A DNA stretch of 64,000 nucleotides from Octopus vulgaris (taxonomy: Eukaryota): NCBI GenBank assembly GCA_951406725.2, contig OX597816.1, positions 153,264,001 through 153,328,000 on the forward strand, in the 5' to 3' direction. Of this stretch, positions 14,050 through 27,500 are shown piece after piece (positions within the stretch are counted from its first letter, which is position 1; each line of letters begins with the position of its first letter). The translations under genes and the position numbers were made by a program. Under the pieces are notes generated by a model, which made no database searches, was not told the DNA's origin, and was given only the letters and a program-made list of their open reading frames with translations.

Positions 14050-16275
14050 ATAACAATAATAATATTATTATTATTGCTTACTTTTAATTTGCAAGTTCGT
14101 TACAATCATTTGCCGAGACACACCCAGCGTCCTAAGGCGATTGAAAGATAGATGTTACTGTATGACTGAAAGCTTGAGGAGGGCAAGTGACAGGGGTAGT
14201 AGCGAAATATCGTCATGTAATACAACACAGGCGTTTAAATTGGTAAGGTTTTTCTAAGGATGCGGACAGTAGTTGTCAGCACAATCTTTTGGCTTTCTCT
14301 GAAACATGGTTCTCCTTGGACATTATCTAGATGTTTCTGGCACCCAGTTATTATCATACCTAAGACATCCACAATAACAGGAACAGTTCTCGCTTTAAGA
14401 TACCACATCATTTGTATTTCAATTTCCAGGTCTACAAGTATTTTCTTCTCTGTCTCAAATTACTATGCCAGGTCGATTAGTCTGAATCGTTCTGTCGGTT
14501 TTGACTGGAAAATCCCAGAAGATAGTGACATTTTTACTTTCAACTGCTGGCTCAGGATGATGTTCATACTAGTAAGCAAGAGCGCTGATTTTATAGTGTT
14601 TAAATATTTTCCAATGTAAATACTGTCCTACCCTATCGTGGGTGATTTTTGTATTCGCTTGGTGTCAGCACAAGACATCCCGACAAGTTAGTCTATTGTT
14701 TCCTCAAATGTATCGCAGAATCTACATTTAGGGTCAGAATCGTGTTGAAGAACGTTAACCTGGTAGTTTTTGGTAAGCAAGCTTTGATCGTGTGTCACCA
14801 ATGTGAAACCTTCAGTCCCTGTTTTCAGTCATGAACTTCTCAGCCAATGATGGGTTATTGCTTGCTCTACATCAGCATTTCGGTTTCGAAGTATATACTC
14901 TCCATACAGAGGCTTCTGGATCCACCGATCTCCAATTTGTTTCTGCCCATTCATTTTTGCAGTTTGTTTAATCCGTTTTGCTTCTTTGGTGACAGTGATT
15001 TCAAAGTCTTCATCTAATTCAGGGTTAATGCTGAGTTCCCTTGCAAATTTGCAATAGCAAGTGATCTTTTGCTGCTTTCGTGTTTGCACACAAACCGCAG
15101 CATCTCGTCTTATGTACTAGTTAAGTACTTGTCCATTGCTATCGTGGAAGTCCTATAGCACAGTTCTACCTGCATCATTCCTCTTCCCCCATTACTTCTA
15201 CGTAGGTACAGATGATCAACGTCTGCTTTTCGGTGGTGCATGTTCTTAGATGTTACTATGTTACTAGTTTTTTGCCTTCCTGTCCAGGCGTTGGCGTTCT
15301 ATAAGATTACAGTTAATGATGTTAATACTGTATTGGACAACTGGAAGTGCCAGGGTGTTAATGTCTTCGACGCGATTTTTGGAGTTGAGTTCAGTTTTTA
15401 GTATGAACCTTATTCTCCTGTAATACTTTCTTATTTCTTCCTTCATAGCAGCATGTTGTATACCATCTCCTTCGTTTATCCCCAGGTGTTTATAGCTTTC
15501 TTGCAGGTCAAGCTCGTTGATGGTAATGTCGGTTTCTAATTTAATGGAAGTTGTTTGCTTGAGCTGGCCTCATCCAAAAGTTGCTGTAGCACACTTATCA
15601 AGGCCAAAATCCATCCCAATGTAATTGCTGAACTCTTCAACAGTTGTTAAAAGCCCTACCACGTCATTTCTAGCAAACAGCTTTAGATCGGGTCTGTTGT
15701 CCATATAACAAACGGTTTATTAACTTGGTGTTAGTTCGTTTGAGAGTGGGATCAGTGCCATACAAAAGAGTAACGAGGAGAAGTTACCTTGAAAGATGCT
15801 CGTTTGATGTTGATGTTGTTAGATTGGCTCATCTCATTACTATCGTTTAGAAGAAGACGTGTATTCCACTTGGCCATGCTACCTTGTAAGAATTTGGAGA
15901 TGAAAGAAGAGATCTTATATCAAGGGCCTTGAGTAACCAATTATGTGGGACACTATCCAAAGCTTTCATGTAGTCTATCCATGCCATACTCAGGTTTTTC
16001 TTGTTGCTCCGGCAATTCTTTACAATCATTTTATTTATGAGTAATTGGTCTTTGTATCCATGACAGTTCCTTTTATAACCTTTTTGAGCTTGTGGAAGGA
16101 TAGAGATCTGTTCAAGGAAAGTGTACATTCTTTCAGTTAGTATGGATGTGAGGATCTTATAGGTGGTGTTGAGACATGTTATTGGTCCAGTTCCATATTT
16201 AAGAGATGAGAAATTATGTACATTATTTATATTATTTACAGTTGACGGATATTTGTCCTCATCTTGTTTGTTGTT

Positions 16276-16321
16276 AACACAACGTTTCGGCTGATATACC
16301 ATCAAGCCTTTATCAGGTGTC
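16276..16321 (-). ncRNA. Minimal type I hammerhead ribozyme motif in Penelope pLTR (G8 mutated; decayed sister copy at 17194-17222 +)
   Basis: gacac CUGAUaA a ggcu-loop-agcc GAAA cGUU guguu: stem I gacac/guguu, palindromic stem III AACGUU. Confidence 0.6.
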
Positions 16322-17040
16322 TTGGGGACATTTCGAATTTATTATTATTATTATTAATGATGATGATGATGATGATGAAAGGGATTGCTCAGTGACTAAA
16401 ACATCGGGCAATGAATATAAGTAGCGATCGTGATACCCACCACGAAGAAATGATCAAGCTCAGTAACAATCTATTAAGCAACAACTACCCCAAAAGCATA
16501 CTCTCCACTCCAACTATGAAGAAAAAAGGGGATGAAACCGATAAACTGTCCACAGTCTGTCTACCCTATGTGAAAGGCCTCTCCGAAAAGATACAAAATA
16601 TATGCGGTCCATATGACATCAGGACAGTATTCAAAAGTAATACAACACTTCGCAAATATCTCCTTCGAGAAAAACCACTAATAGAAGAAAATACGCTCCA
16701 TCTCATGCAGCTGTGGTAAGTTATACAAAGGCGAAACATGCCGCCTCCTCAAAATAAGGGTAGAGGAACATCGCATATCTGTGACACAGGGAGATATTAA
16801 TAAATCGGGTATAGCTGATCATGTATAGAAAAATGGAGACCTCCTCCCCCTGTGGGATGAAGTTAAAATAATACACATAGACTACTACTGGAAAATACGA
16901 AAACTAAATGAAGCAGCACATATGCTAGGACACAACAACCTCCTAAGCAGACCGAGTGCAGATATGAACAGCATATGGGAACCGGTATTAAGGAAGGATA
17001 GGAGAATATTAGATTTATAATTCACTCCATAATTGTCCAC

Positions 17041-17112
17041 GGGCATATGGTGTAGTGGTTAAGAGCGCGGTATACTAACCCCAAGATTCTGAGTTCGATT
17101 CCAGGCAGTGAC
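17041..17112 (+). promoter_or_regulatory. tRNA-like Pol III internal promoter inside the Penelope 3' region
   Basis: A box TGGTGTAGTGG and B box GAGTTCGATTCC with tRNA-like spacing. Not a complete cloverleaf. Confidence 0.65.
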
Positions 17113-18070
17113 CTGAATAATAATAATAATAATGATAACAACAACATCGAAAAATGACTTAGGAATGAGAAGCCAGGTTCGCAATTTCCCCAAGACACCC
17201 GATGAAGCCGAAATATTGTGTTAACAAACAAGATGAGGACAAATATCCGTCAGTTGTAAATAATGTAAACAATGTATGTTATTGGTCGATAGTTCTTTGA
17301 AATGTTCGTGTCCTCGGTTTTTTTTGTAGAAGGTATGTTGTTCCTTCAGTCAGCCAGGCAGTATTTACTCTGGATTCTGGACGATATGAGTGAGGGATGA
17401 AGCAAAATTTTGGTGTACTTCTCTCAAACAATGCAGCCAGAAATTAGGGATCCAGTCCAGTCCAGGGGTTTTCCATTTGTGAGACTTTCTAAGAAAACAT
17501 CTTAGCTCTTCTACTTCTATTGCCTCCCATTTCTGCTCTTCAACTTCATCCAGTCTCACTTTCTCACGTTCTATCCAGTGAGCTTCAGCATTATATTCTT
17601 TTTTGTTGCTTCTTCAAGAACTCTTCCATTTCTTCAGTCATAGGTAGCTCCTTTACTCCTATCTTTCTTTTGCCAATTCCTCCATAAAATGTTTTTGCAT
17701 CCATCTTGAATACCTTGTTGTGTCGATAAAATTTGATTCTTTTGTCATAACTTCTGAGCCTTTGGGCTTTCAGTTGTATTCGTTGTGTCACTAGTAGTTC
17801 CTTGGTTGCAGGGAGGATTATAAAATCTTTCATTTTATATTTTTGCTTGATTTTTCTAGCTTGTTTCGACTTAACATTTACTCCTCTAGCAAGTTCACCG
17901 AGGACTGATACACCCGCCCACAACAATTCGATCTCTTTTTGTATTGCTACTTTCCACTTAGGAGGTCTATTGGACGTGGTTGATCCTTTTCTCTGCCATC
18001 CTGATATTTAGTTGAGTAGTTGCAACTTTAGCAAGTGGAATAGATGAGGTTATCTAAGGTTGTTAGAGTA

Positions 18071-18350
18071 TCTGTGTATATATAAGGCAGGATGTGTGTG
18101 TGTACGTGAATGTAATTTATGCACATCCAGAAATTAGCACGCATGTCACTCAAATATTAGGAGGACATTCGTCACGATCATAGCCGTATTTTCGTCAAAT
18201 TATTTTCTCCCGAGGCACCCGCGAATAGCGGTAATTAATTTTGAGCCATAACTTCTAACAATTTTCACGGCGGAGAAATCCACTGTAGTGAAGCCATTAT
18301 TGTTTACATAAATGAGTTAAGTCCCCTTCTAGCGACGGTGTAAATAGAGG

Positions 18351-18414
<64 letters not shown>

Positions 18415-18577
18415 AGATTTTTAAAATTTCGTCTTTTTAAAGACTGAATGACAGGCAAAAAGAGACAGACAGGTGTTGTTATGTATGTATGTGTGAATGG
18501 CTTCAGTCACACACACACACACACACACGAACATGTATGCGTACAAAACACATGCATGCAATGTGTGTGTTGACCGC

Positions 18578-18608
<31 letters not shown>

Positions 18609-19762
18609 CACAATATAAACGATATTCTCCGTTTCTCCACAACTAATTTCCAAATTAGCTGAATCCGTTGCTTTACTCATAGCTATATATAGCTGGTCGT
18701 GCGTGAACATGGGAAATAGGAGAGGTTACCAGAGCAAAAGATCTACGTGTTGACTGTAGACACGCTCCTTCGCAAATGATCAGCTATTATTTTGTAAACA
18801 ATGTTTCAAAACTGTTCATGTTTTCGAAAGTAGAGATCTCACTCTCACATCTCTGCGGCAGAAGGTAGGTTTCTCTACTCCTGTTACAAAACTTATGTTT
18901 GGGTGACAAATTTGCTTCAATTGATGGTATTACTCGGGTAGGAGGTGGTGGTGGGACAGGGGCGTGCAAAAACATGTATGCAATAGGTGTATGTACGTAT
19001 ATGTTTGTGTGTGTTGCCCATATATATATATACTTAGTTGTGATCTGAACATAACCGCTTCTCGCACACAGGATCGAGGGCCCTTTTGGGCGTTCTATTA
19101 TCCTTGCTGGAAGGGTTCCCAACCCGTGGGCAAAGTAGGGTTACATGATGTGGGTGGTGTTTTCAAAAGGGTTGGCATATGCAACCTGATCACCTCTGTC
19201 GATCAAACTCCCAACCCATGCGCTCCCGTCGTGACACTGATTCTGCAGAACTGGTTTGGGTATGAAAACCAACTTTAAAGTATAAATATAGATGTTTTTG
19301 AATCAGCAATGTTCGGTTAAATCCTATTTGGGGTGAAAAATCAATAAACAGATTCCTTATGGAGTTTTCCATTTAATCAGAATAGAAAAAAAATGATAAA
19401 TCGATTCCTTATAGGACTTCCCACTAAAATTGGCTACACCCCATTTTCAACCATAACGTCTACCAATTTTGATATATTTTGTTCAAACTTGATGCCAGCA
19501 TTACTTAGGACTCATGGGATCTTTGAATGCTTTAAGTTCTCCAAAATCAAAAAAAAAAAAAAATCGATGAGTGGAAAAAATCGATAAACCTTATGGGATT
19601 TCCCAATCAAATTTTCTGCAAAATTTTAGCCAAAAGTTTACCAATTTCAACGGATTGCACTCAAATTTGACGTCGACGCTACTTAGTTTGCTTTGAAATA
19701 AAGAGCTTGATTAGCTTAATAATCCTAACTTAATCCCGAGCAAAGCCGGGCTATACTGCTAG
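18071..19762 (+). mobile_element. Non-autonomous Helitron
   Basis: Starts TC (tctgtgtatatataagg) after A and ends CTAG before T. Subterminal GC hairpin cccg-agcaaagc-cggg at 19735-19750. No TSD. LINE sequence resumes on both sides. Confidence 0.8.
18612..18712 (-). pseudogene. Helitron Pif1-type helicase C-terminal remnant
   Basis: FTHDQLYIAMSKATDSANLEI...TENIVY resembles the conserved FSHGQLYVALSR...T.NIVY end of Helitron RepHel. Confidence 0.65.
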
Positions 19763-21139
19763 TTTCCCTTATTTCTTAAGATTTTTCTAAGAGTAACATT
19801 ATATATCATGATTATGTTGTTATTTTTAAAGCTGTTTGAGAGCTTTGATTGCGATTCTCTATTGATCATGAATTCTCTCATAATATCTTCTTTTGCTTCT
19901 ATGATCTTTTAATTATTCACCTCAAATTCTGTGTCATATCTATTCTGGAGTTTTTGAGGTTGGTATACTTTCTCCTCTTTTTCTACATATTTATTCTTCG
20001 CTATTTTTTCTTCAGATTCCTCGCTGAGATGTACTGCTTGTACACTGGGTTCAGTGCATCTTTTACCTATTTCATCTGCATTGTTGCTGTTTTCATTTGG
20101 TCTATCATGATATATTTGTATCCTAATTTGGCTAATTTCAGCATCAGTTAACCTTTTATTTTTAATGATGTCTCTACGTACATTACTTAATTTACTTGCG
20201 TCTATATATCTGTGTACTTCGTTGCCCACTAAGTTTCTCCATGAAGTGTATGTTTGTACAATGAGGTTTTTGTTTGGGTTTAGCTAGGCTGCATAGAAAA
20301 CTTTCAGCACATCTCTATAATCCTCTCTAGTCCATTATATGCTTTAGATGGTGCTTTTGGAGGTTTCATTACAGGTCTAGGGTTAGGGTTATCCTGGTTC
20401 TGGTTACCAAGTAGTTCGTGTTTTTTTGAGAATTTATTCCAGCAGCAGCAACAGCAGGCTTTTCAACCCCAGTCTGGTTCGCCACTGGTTAACGTGGTCC
20501 TTGTCCTGGACGATGACCGATCCGGCATGAGTTTTGGCTCTTCGTTAAAGCATTGACGGTGACAATAGGAAACGGGTCTGTTGCTCGTAGGCTGATAGAT
20601 CGAAAATTGCTTGTTTTTTTTTTGGTAGCTATTTTTCCTGGCATAACTGTTTCATGGTGTTTTAAACTGAATGACTAACTTACTCCCTTTTATATTTGTT
20701 TGTGGGAAGTCGCATTATTTTTGTTTGGTTCGGCGTCGAACGTGACACGTGTTTTTCTTTTATTTTTATGTATGAGTATGTGTGTGTCGTGTACGAATTA
20801 TTTATGTTGCTTGTAAATACTAGCATGTGCACATGGATGCATGGGCAGTTGTGTGTGTATATAATTATTCAATTTACGTACTTACTGTGTAACTGTTGCT
20901 GGTTTCGACGTCTTGCGTATGTCACTTTTAGATATCGTGCATTTAAAAAAACTACACTGTATATAACAAAAATCTTTCCGATTTTTTAGTTCCTTTGCTT
21001 TAACAGAACTTTTCCCACAGTTATATTGCGAAGTTTTCCTTCCATTGCAGCGATGTTACTGGATTAAGTTTGTTTTGTAGAGAGAGCTTCTTAGTGTATA
21101 TCCACGTTGTTATTTAGCCCGGAGCCATTATTATTATTA

Positions 21140-22916
21140 TAGACGTCGCACAGTATACAATATCGTGAGGTTGTTGATTGAAGATATTGTATCTACTGGG
21201 GTATTGTACTGCCTGTTAAGTCATGACAAGGACCTCAGACAGACAGTACTTTACGCAATATGCGTGCAGTTCCAAGTAATGCCGACTTTTGCTATACATC
21301 TAGATTGTAGGGTATCTCTAAGGTTTTCAGATGTTTTTCTTTTCAGATTGGGTGGTATTGAACCCAATGCTCCGATGATATTTATGTACGACTCTCGTAG
21401 CTGCCACATCTTAGCGATCTCATTTATACAGTTTTCCATATTTATTAACATTTTCTCTTTCTTTCATGATATGTTGATCTCCTGGCACTGCTACGTCAAT
21501 TATTAGGCACTCTTTTATTTCCCAACCATATTGTTTTAGGTTCAATCCCATGAGAAACAAGCTTATACCACAGATCATAGTTACTCCATGCTATGTAAAA
21601 AAAAACAAAAAAAACACCCAGTACAAATGTATATCCAGCCTTCGGTGTTCTAACACTTTGTCTGTCTGAAAATCTAAATCCCAGAGGATTATTGCCTCCC
21701 CCTTTTCATCCATTACCTTTTCCAATGTATGTCGGTACCAAGCACCGTAACTTCATATCCATACTTCAGGCATAGTAGCCAGTGGTGGTTTTGGGCTACT
21801 TTGTCGTGATTACGCTTGTACTCTTTCTGTGCAAGACTTTCACAAGCACTAACAATGTGAGTCACACTTTCAACCCTCTTCCCACATATACTGCAGGGGT
21901 CCGATGTACTTGTAGGATATATATTCTTTCTCACTGAGTTGATATTCAATGCCTGGTCCTGGACCGCGATGATTTGGCTTTCAGTATTCCTTTTTAGGCC
22001 ACCCTTCTGGAGCCACCTCCATTATGCTCCCTGGTCTTTTAATTTGTTTATTTCACGGTGGAACTAACCATGTAATTCCATACGGAGTAGGGTTTCTTCT
22101 CTTTTGTTGGCTGTTCTTGTTCAGAATTTATGAGCACTCTCAAGTCCATTTTTGTTAACTCCTTCCGCACTAACAGCATACTGTAGCAAGTCTTCTTTGC
22201 TGTTTACCAAATATTCTGTCATACTTCTTCTTTCACTGTTGATGCACTCCCATAGGCTAATCAGTCCACGTCCACCTTTAGCACTCTTCATGTAGAGCTT
22301 GTGTACATTTGCCTTAGGGTGGAGAGCACCATGCATTGTCATTGTCTTTCGGGTAGTGCGATCGAGTTGGTCAATCTCCGCTTGTGTCCATCTCAGAATG
22401 GGTGCATTATAGTGGACTACAGCAACAGCCCATATGTTGATGACAGTCACAAGATTCCTTGAGTTGAGCTTTGATTTCAAGAGAAGTTTGAAGCGCTTGA
22501 AATATGCAGTGATGACTTTATATTTCATTTCTCTGTGCAAATATTGTCCAGCTCTAGGATCCCAAGGTACTTGTACCCATCATCATCCGAGTCTTCCATT
22601 CTCTCTCCGTATGGCAATTCTATGCCCCTACAATCTACTCTTTTCCCCCGCTTCAAAGTAAGCACCACACACTTCGAGATACCGAATTCCATCCCTATGT
22701 ACTTGCTGCACATTTTCAGTCTCAGCCAGCCTCTTCATTTCAGGCTTTGTTTTCGCGAACAGTTTTAAATCACCCATGAAGAGAAGGTTGTTGAGACGAG
22801 GTCCGTTCTTTCTCAGCTCATAGTGCAGGATGGTTTTACGTAGGATTACAGAAAGTGGGATCAAGGCTATAACAAATATCAGAGATGAACAAGAGTCTCC
22901 TTGAAAGATACCTCCT
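21140..22916 (-). mobile_element. 5'-truncated R4/Dong-like LINE (RT, CCHC finger, RLE endonuclease; frameshifted)
   Basis: GIFQGDS, LLFMGDLKLF, GMEFGISKC, YKYLGILE, LKSKLNSRN, GGRGL, CSICGKRVESVTHIVSAC, IIGALGSIP. Confidence 0.9.
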
Positions 22917-22922
22917 ATTATT

Positions 22923-22972
<50 letters not shown>

Positions 22973-23016
22973 TATCATCATCATCATCATCATCATCATC
23001 ATTATCATAATAATAA

Positions 23017-23215
23017 AGCTGCGAACTGGCAGAATCATTAGCACGCCTGGCAAAATGCTTAGTAGCATTTCGTCCGCCTTTATGTTCTGAGTTCAAATTT
23101 TGCTGAGACAGACTTTGCCATCCATCCTTCGGGGTCGCTAAATTTAGTACCACTGAAGTGCTGGATCGACAACCCCTTCCCCCAAATATCAGACCCTATG
23201 CCTTTTGTAGAAAGG
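23017..23215 (+). mobile_element. SINE family A copy
   Basis: gcgaactggcagaatcattagcacgcc...gagttcaaattt...gccatccatccttcggggtcgctaaatttagtacc. Confidence 0.8.
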
Positions 23216-23326
23216 CAGAAATGATTATACCTGCATTTGAATATGTACCAATGAATCACTGAGATCGATCCAATAGACTAGTCCTCTCCCACCAAATTTC
23301 AGGCCTTGTGCCTATATTAGATAGGA

Positions 23327-23383
<57 letters not shown>

Positions 23384-23385
<2 letters not shown>

Positions 23386-23990
23386 TAGTTTTATTTTAAT
23401 AGCGTGCTTTCACTTCACTACCGAACGCAGCTCTGTGTGCCTTGGGTATGTGCTGTGATTTGTTGTGATGCTCTGATGGTTATCGTATGGAAAGTGTTCT
23501 GCGTAGGATGTATGCAGTGCCTAGTAGTGCAATTTTCTGTATGTTATATGTGTTTGTAAGTCCTGGTGTTTTTGCTATGTATTTGTCTGAATATTTTTTT
23601 ATCATGCCTAATGCACCTATTATGATAGGAATTGTTTCTGTTTTTAGATTCCACATTCTGGTTACCTCTATTTCCAGGTCTTTGTATTTTGAAAGTTTCT
23701 CCATTTCTCTTAGAGACACGTTGTCATCCCCTGGTATTGATACATCAATTAGAAAACATTATTTTTCTTCATGATCTCTGACAACTATATCTGGTCTGTT
23801 GGCCTTAATTTTTCTATCTGTGTGTATTGGCATATCCCAGAGTATGGTTGCTTTCTCGTTTTCTGTGACCTTTTCTGGTGTGTGCCTATACTATCGTTTT
23901 TCTGTTGTTATTCCATAATGCTGGCATAGTTGCCAGTGTATATAGGTCCCAACTCTGTCGTATCTGTGAATATATTCCTTCTTAGTCAGT
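23384..23990 (-). mobile_element. 3' fragment of R4/Dong-like LINE, same subfamily as 13083-13950
   Basis: ORF 23480-23719 EKLSKYKDLEIEVTRMWNLKTETIPIIIGALG; 3' UTR nearly identical to 13083-13190; (ATT)n tail. Confidence 0.88.
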
Positions 23991-24261
23991 GATTGAAAAA
24001 GTTTTATAAAAGGAGAAAGGGGCTCTCTACCCCCCTTTTTGACCAGGTTCCCGTTGACTTTTATGGGTTTTTCCACCAGGAACCTTTCGAAGCGCCTCCC
24101 CCTATTGGGAGTTTTTCATTGTTAAATATTTTCGTTGTTACACTGTTTTTTACGCGGATTTTTACAAACGGACAAAACCCTTTGTAACCTTTCGTCCTGT
24201 TTTGTCCTCTTATGCTTTCTAATTATGTGTGTCAGCCCTTGTGGCCAATAAAAAGGATTAT

Positions 24262-24456
<195 letters not shown>

Positions 24457-24605
24457 GTGTACATAAGGTGGCAACATGCTGTTTAAGGCGGCGAGCTGGC
24501 ATCTAAGGTGGTGATCTGGCAGAATCATTAGTGTGTTGGACAAAATGCCATAATAATTATTAGCAATTACTTTAGCAGATTTTGCACGAAGATGGACTTA
24601 ATGCA

Positions 24606-24820
24606 AGGCAGCGAGCTAGCAGAATAGTTACTGCGCCGAAAAAAATGCTTAGCAGCATTTTGTCAGCCTTTACGTTCTGAGTTCCAATGCCGCTAAGTTC
24701 GACTTTGCCTTTCATCTTTTCGGGGTCGATAAAATAAGTACCAATTGATCTCTGGGGTCTTTCTGATCGACTTACTCCTTACCTCGAACTTACTGGCCTT
24801 GTGCCAAAATTTAAAACCAA
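24606..24820 (+). mobile_element. SINE family A copy (extra head fragment at ~24486-24548)
   Basis: ggcagcgagctagcagaatag...gactttgcctttcatcttttcggggtcgataaaataagtacc. Confidence 0.8.
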
Positions 24821-26960
24821 TATTTAATTATTTTGAATTCAGACCAGTCTTTCAATCCTGTTCAGACCAGCTTTGCCTTTCAGTATTCTGGTGTTCATAT
24901 AACAACTAGCTTTTTTTATATATATAGTGGTTATTGTTAGCTACAGATCTGCTCAGACAGAACATGTTCGTCTATTCAATAGATGATGACCATAACATCA
25001 TGACTTGGATTGACATGTAAATTAGATGTTAATAATGGGAGTTATATTTATTTACTTATTATCTCAATTCATCAACGATTGCATCATAGGTTGCAAGTTT
25101 CCGAAATGCGAATATCTGCGTTGTTGCATTTCTGATGGCGAATATGAAGGGACTACCTGTAATTCGTTGTACTTCATCCGAAGAGCTCCGGTTTTCCGCC
25201 AATGTTTGCATACTTCACCGATAAATGTTGTCCTGGGCTAGACATTAAATTGCTTCCAGTGATAAGACTTCAATTCGGAAGTTCATGGGTTCGCGATTTA
25301 CGCCTTAGTCTCCATTGCCCCCAGGCCCACTCTGAACCAGAGTGAAAGTATCTGGTCAACGGCTCCAGGTCAAATAACAGAAAATGGTCTTGTGGCAAAC
25401 AGGAGTCGGAGGAGCGTTGGCCCTTAGGCGTGTGTCACACAGGCCTACTTATATGTGGGCATGCCATGATATCAAGTCAATCAGTGCCTCTTCCTAAGAG
25501 CGAAATAGATTATATCAAATAATATTTATCTTTTAGTGGGTGTAGTACTTGTTTTGTTAATCCCACCAATAACGGAAAAGTACATTTTGTGTGTGTGTGT
25601 GTGCGTGCGTGTGCGTGTGCGTGCGTGCGTGTGCGTGCGTGTTTGTTTATGTGTATGTTATGTATGTAATCATGTCTGTATATATGTAAGAATGTATGCA
25701 CGTATGTATGTATGCCTAGCTTTGCCTTATCCTATTTCCTCCCTCAGTACTGAGGGTCAGGAATCATGGACGCACGCATTATCACTCCATTGATTCCTGC
25801 TTCTGTCTATGGTTGATGCTTTCTCCCAGAGGTCGTCCAGGAGCTTTAATTTGCTCTTGTTAAAAGCTCTGTCTTTTCAGTTAGTATTGAAATACTTTAA
25901 GGCTGATTTTGCTCCCAAGTCGTAATCTCATTTCAGAACCTCCATCCCATGATTGTTTTATGGTAATTCCTTGGCGCTGGATACTGAGGTATTCTGGTGC
26001 TTTTGTCGCTGCCATGACTTTTGTCATTTTGCATTGATATCCTACACGTTTTCACGCAATATACGGTCCTCTAATTTCAGTATCCCCACCCTTGGTGATG
26101 TTGCGATAAGTACTATATCGTTAGGAAATTGTTGATTATTGATGTTCTTTTCAGTGATGGTGATTCCTATTCAACTAAGTTCGTCAAATGACTCTTCCAT
26201 TGCATCTTCAGAATAAAAGTTGATGCACATGACTGAAGCAAGACTACCTTCACGAATTTCTTTCTTAATATAAAACCATTCTATGTTTTCTTCAGTGCAC
26301 CTGAGAATGGACGCACTATGTCTAACCACTGCCTGCAAATGCCCAGATATTCATTGACGTGACTAGATTTCTCCCAGTCAGGTTGGGTTTTAAAACCACT
26401 TTTACTCTTGCTGAATTGATGTTGTTACCGATATACGCTATGTGGCCCTTTTTTTTCTCCTCCACCCTACTCCACTTCTCTCTTATACTCTCTTATTATC
26501 TCTCTTTCTTCACCTTCTGCTCTGTTTTTCTGTCAAACCTGTCTTCATTCGTCTCCGTCTTTTTTTGTCTTGTATTTTTGCTTCAGCCTTTCTTCGCCCT
26601 GTATTTTTGCCGAATAATGCCGAGACGAATAGGACTAGCAACTTTTGTTCCTGTAATGGATTATATGCTCACGTAGTTGATGTCTGCTAATCTCATGAAA
26701 CACGTGTAAATTATTACACTCACACACGCTTCGCGCGCGCACACACACATACACATACAGACAAAATAACGCAACAGTTGTAAAGTATATCAAAATATAT
26801 TTTACATAGCTCTAACATTCAATGGGAATAGCCAAGGGCGAAAGTCGGAGAGAAGACAGTCAACTTTTGATATTCTGTGTGTGTGTGTGTGTGTGTGCGC
26901 GCTTGTGTTTATGTGTGTATGTGAAAGAGATGAGAGAAATATTTACAGAGTAATTGATAA

Positions 26961-26996
<36 letters not shown>

Positions 26997-27248
26997 CTAT
27001 ATAGGATATATAAGAGATAGAGCAAGCGTGAAAGATAGAGATGAAGAAACAGAGGATAGAGCATGCATCGACAAAGGTAGATAAACATAGAGTAGTTATG
27101 ATAAAGATAGCTTGATACATAGATAAAGAGAAGTAGAAATGGCTTTTAATGAGAGAAAATCTGTATAGAAAGGTAGAAAAAGACAAGTGAAAACGAAAGA
27201 ATATTGAGAAATATACATAGGAAGAAATACTCTGAAGCGAGGGGAAGT

Positions 27249-27284
<36 letters not shown>

Positions 27285-27445
27285 AAGAGATAGAGAGAGA
27301 AAGAGAGAGAGTGAGAGAGAGACCCTCATACATACAGGCAGACACAGAGACATAGAGACAGAGAGAGACGAGAAAGACAAGCAGGCAGACAGGCAAACAC
27401 AGAGAGATATCAGGGAGAGAGAGTTAGAAACAGAGAGAGCGAGAC

Positions 27446-27500
<55 letters not shown>

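Larger units (their letters stand above)
16188..17275 (+). mobile_element. Truncated Penelope-like element: inverted pLTR copy, RT C-terminus/GIY-YIG remnant, 3' pLTR; 12-bp TSD
   Basis: ORF 16411-16719 (NNYP...VCLPYVKGLSEKI...IRTVFKSNTTLR) then frameshifted CSCGKLY.GET. 16188-16338 is an inverted copy of the 3' end (~17180-17275). TSD atgttattggtc at 16176-16187 and 17276-17287. Confidence 0.88.
14090..20640 (-). mobile_element. Decayed long R4/Dong-like LINE interrupted by a Penelope insertion (16188-17275) and a Helitron (18071-19762)
   Basis: RT remnants PITCLNTTYKILT, DQLLIN, AWIDYMKALDSVPHNWL, WKTPGLDWIPNFW, LKTELNSKN; N-terminal KLSNVRRDIIKNKRLTDAEI. The KNYRPITCL motif is restored when the Penelope insertion is removed. 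Confidence 0.85.

Noticed and set aside
17041-17112. Functional tRNA gene (likewise the SINE heads at 1097, 36970 and 53117)
   Set aside because: A/B boxes are present but acceptor stems do not close and there is no poly-T terminator; SINE-type derivatives.
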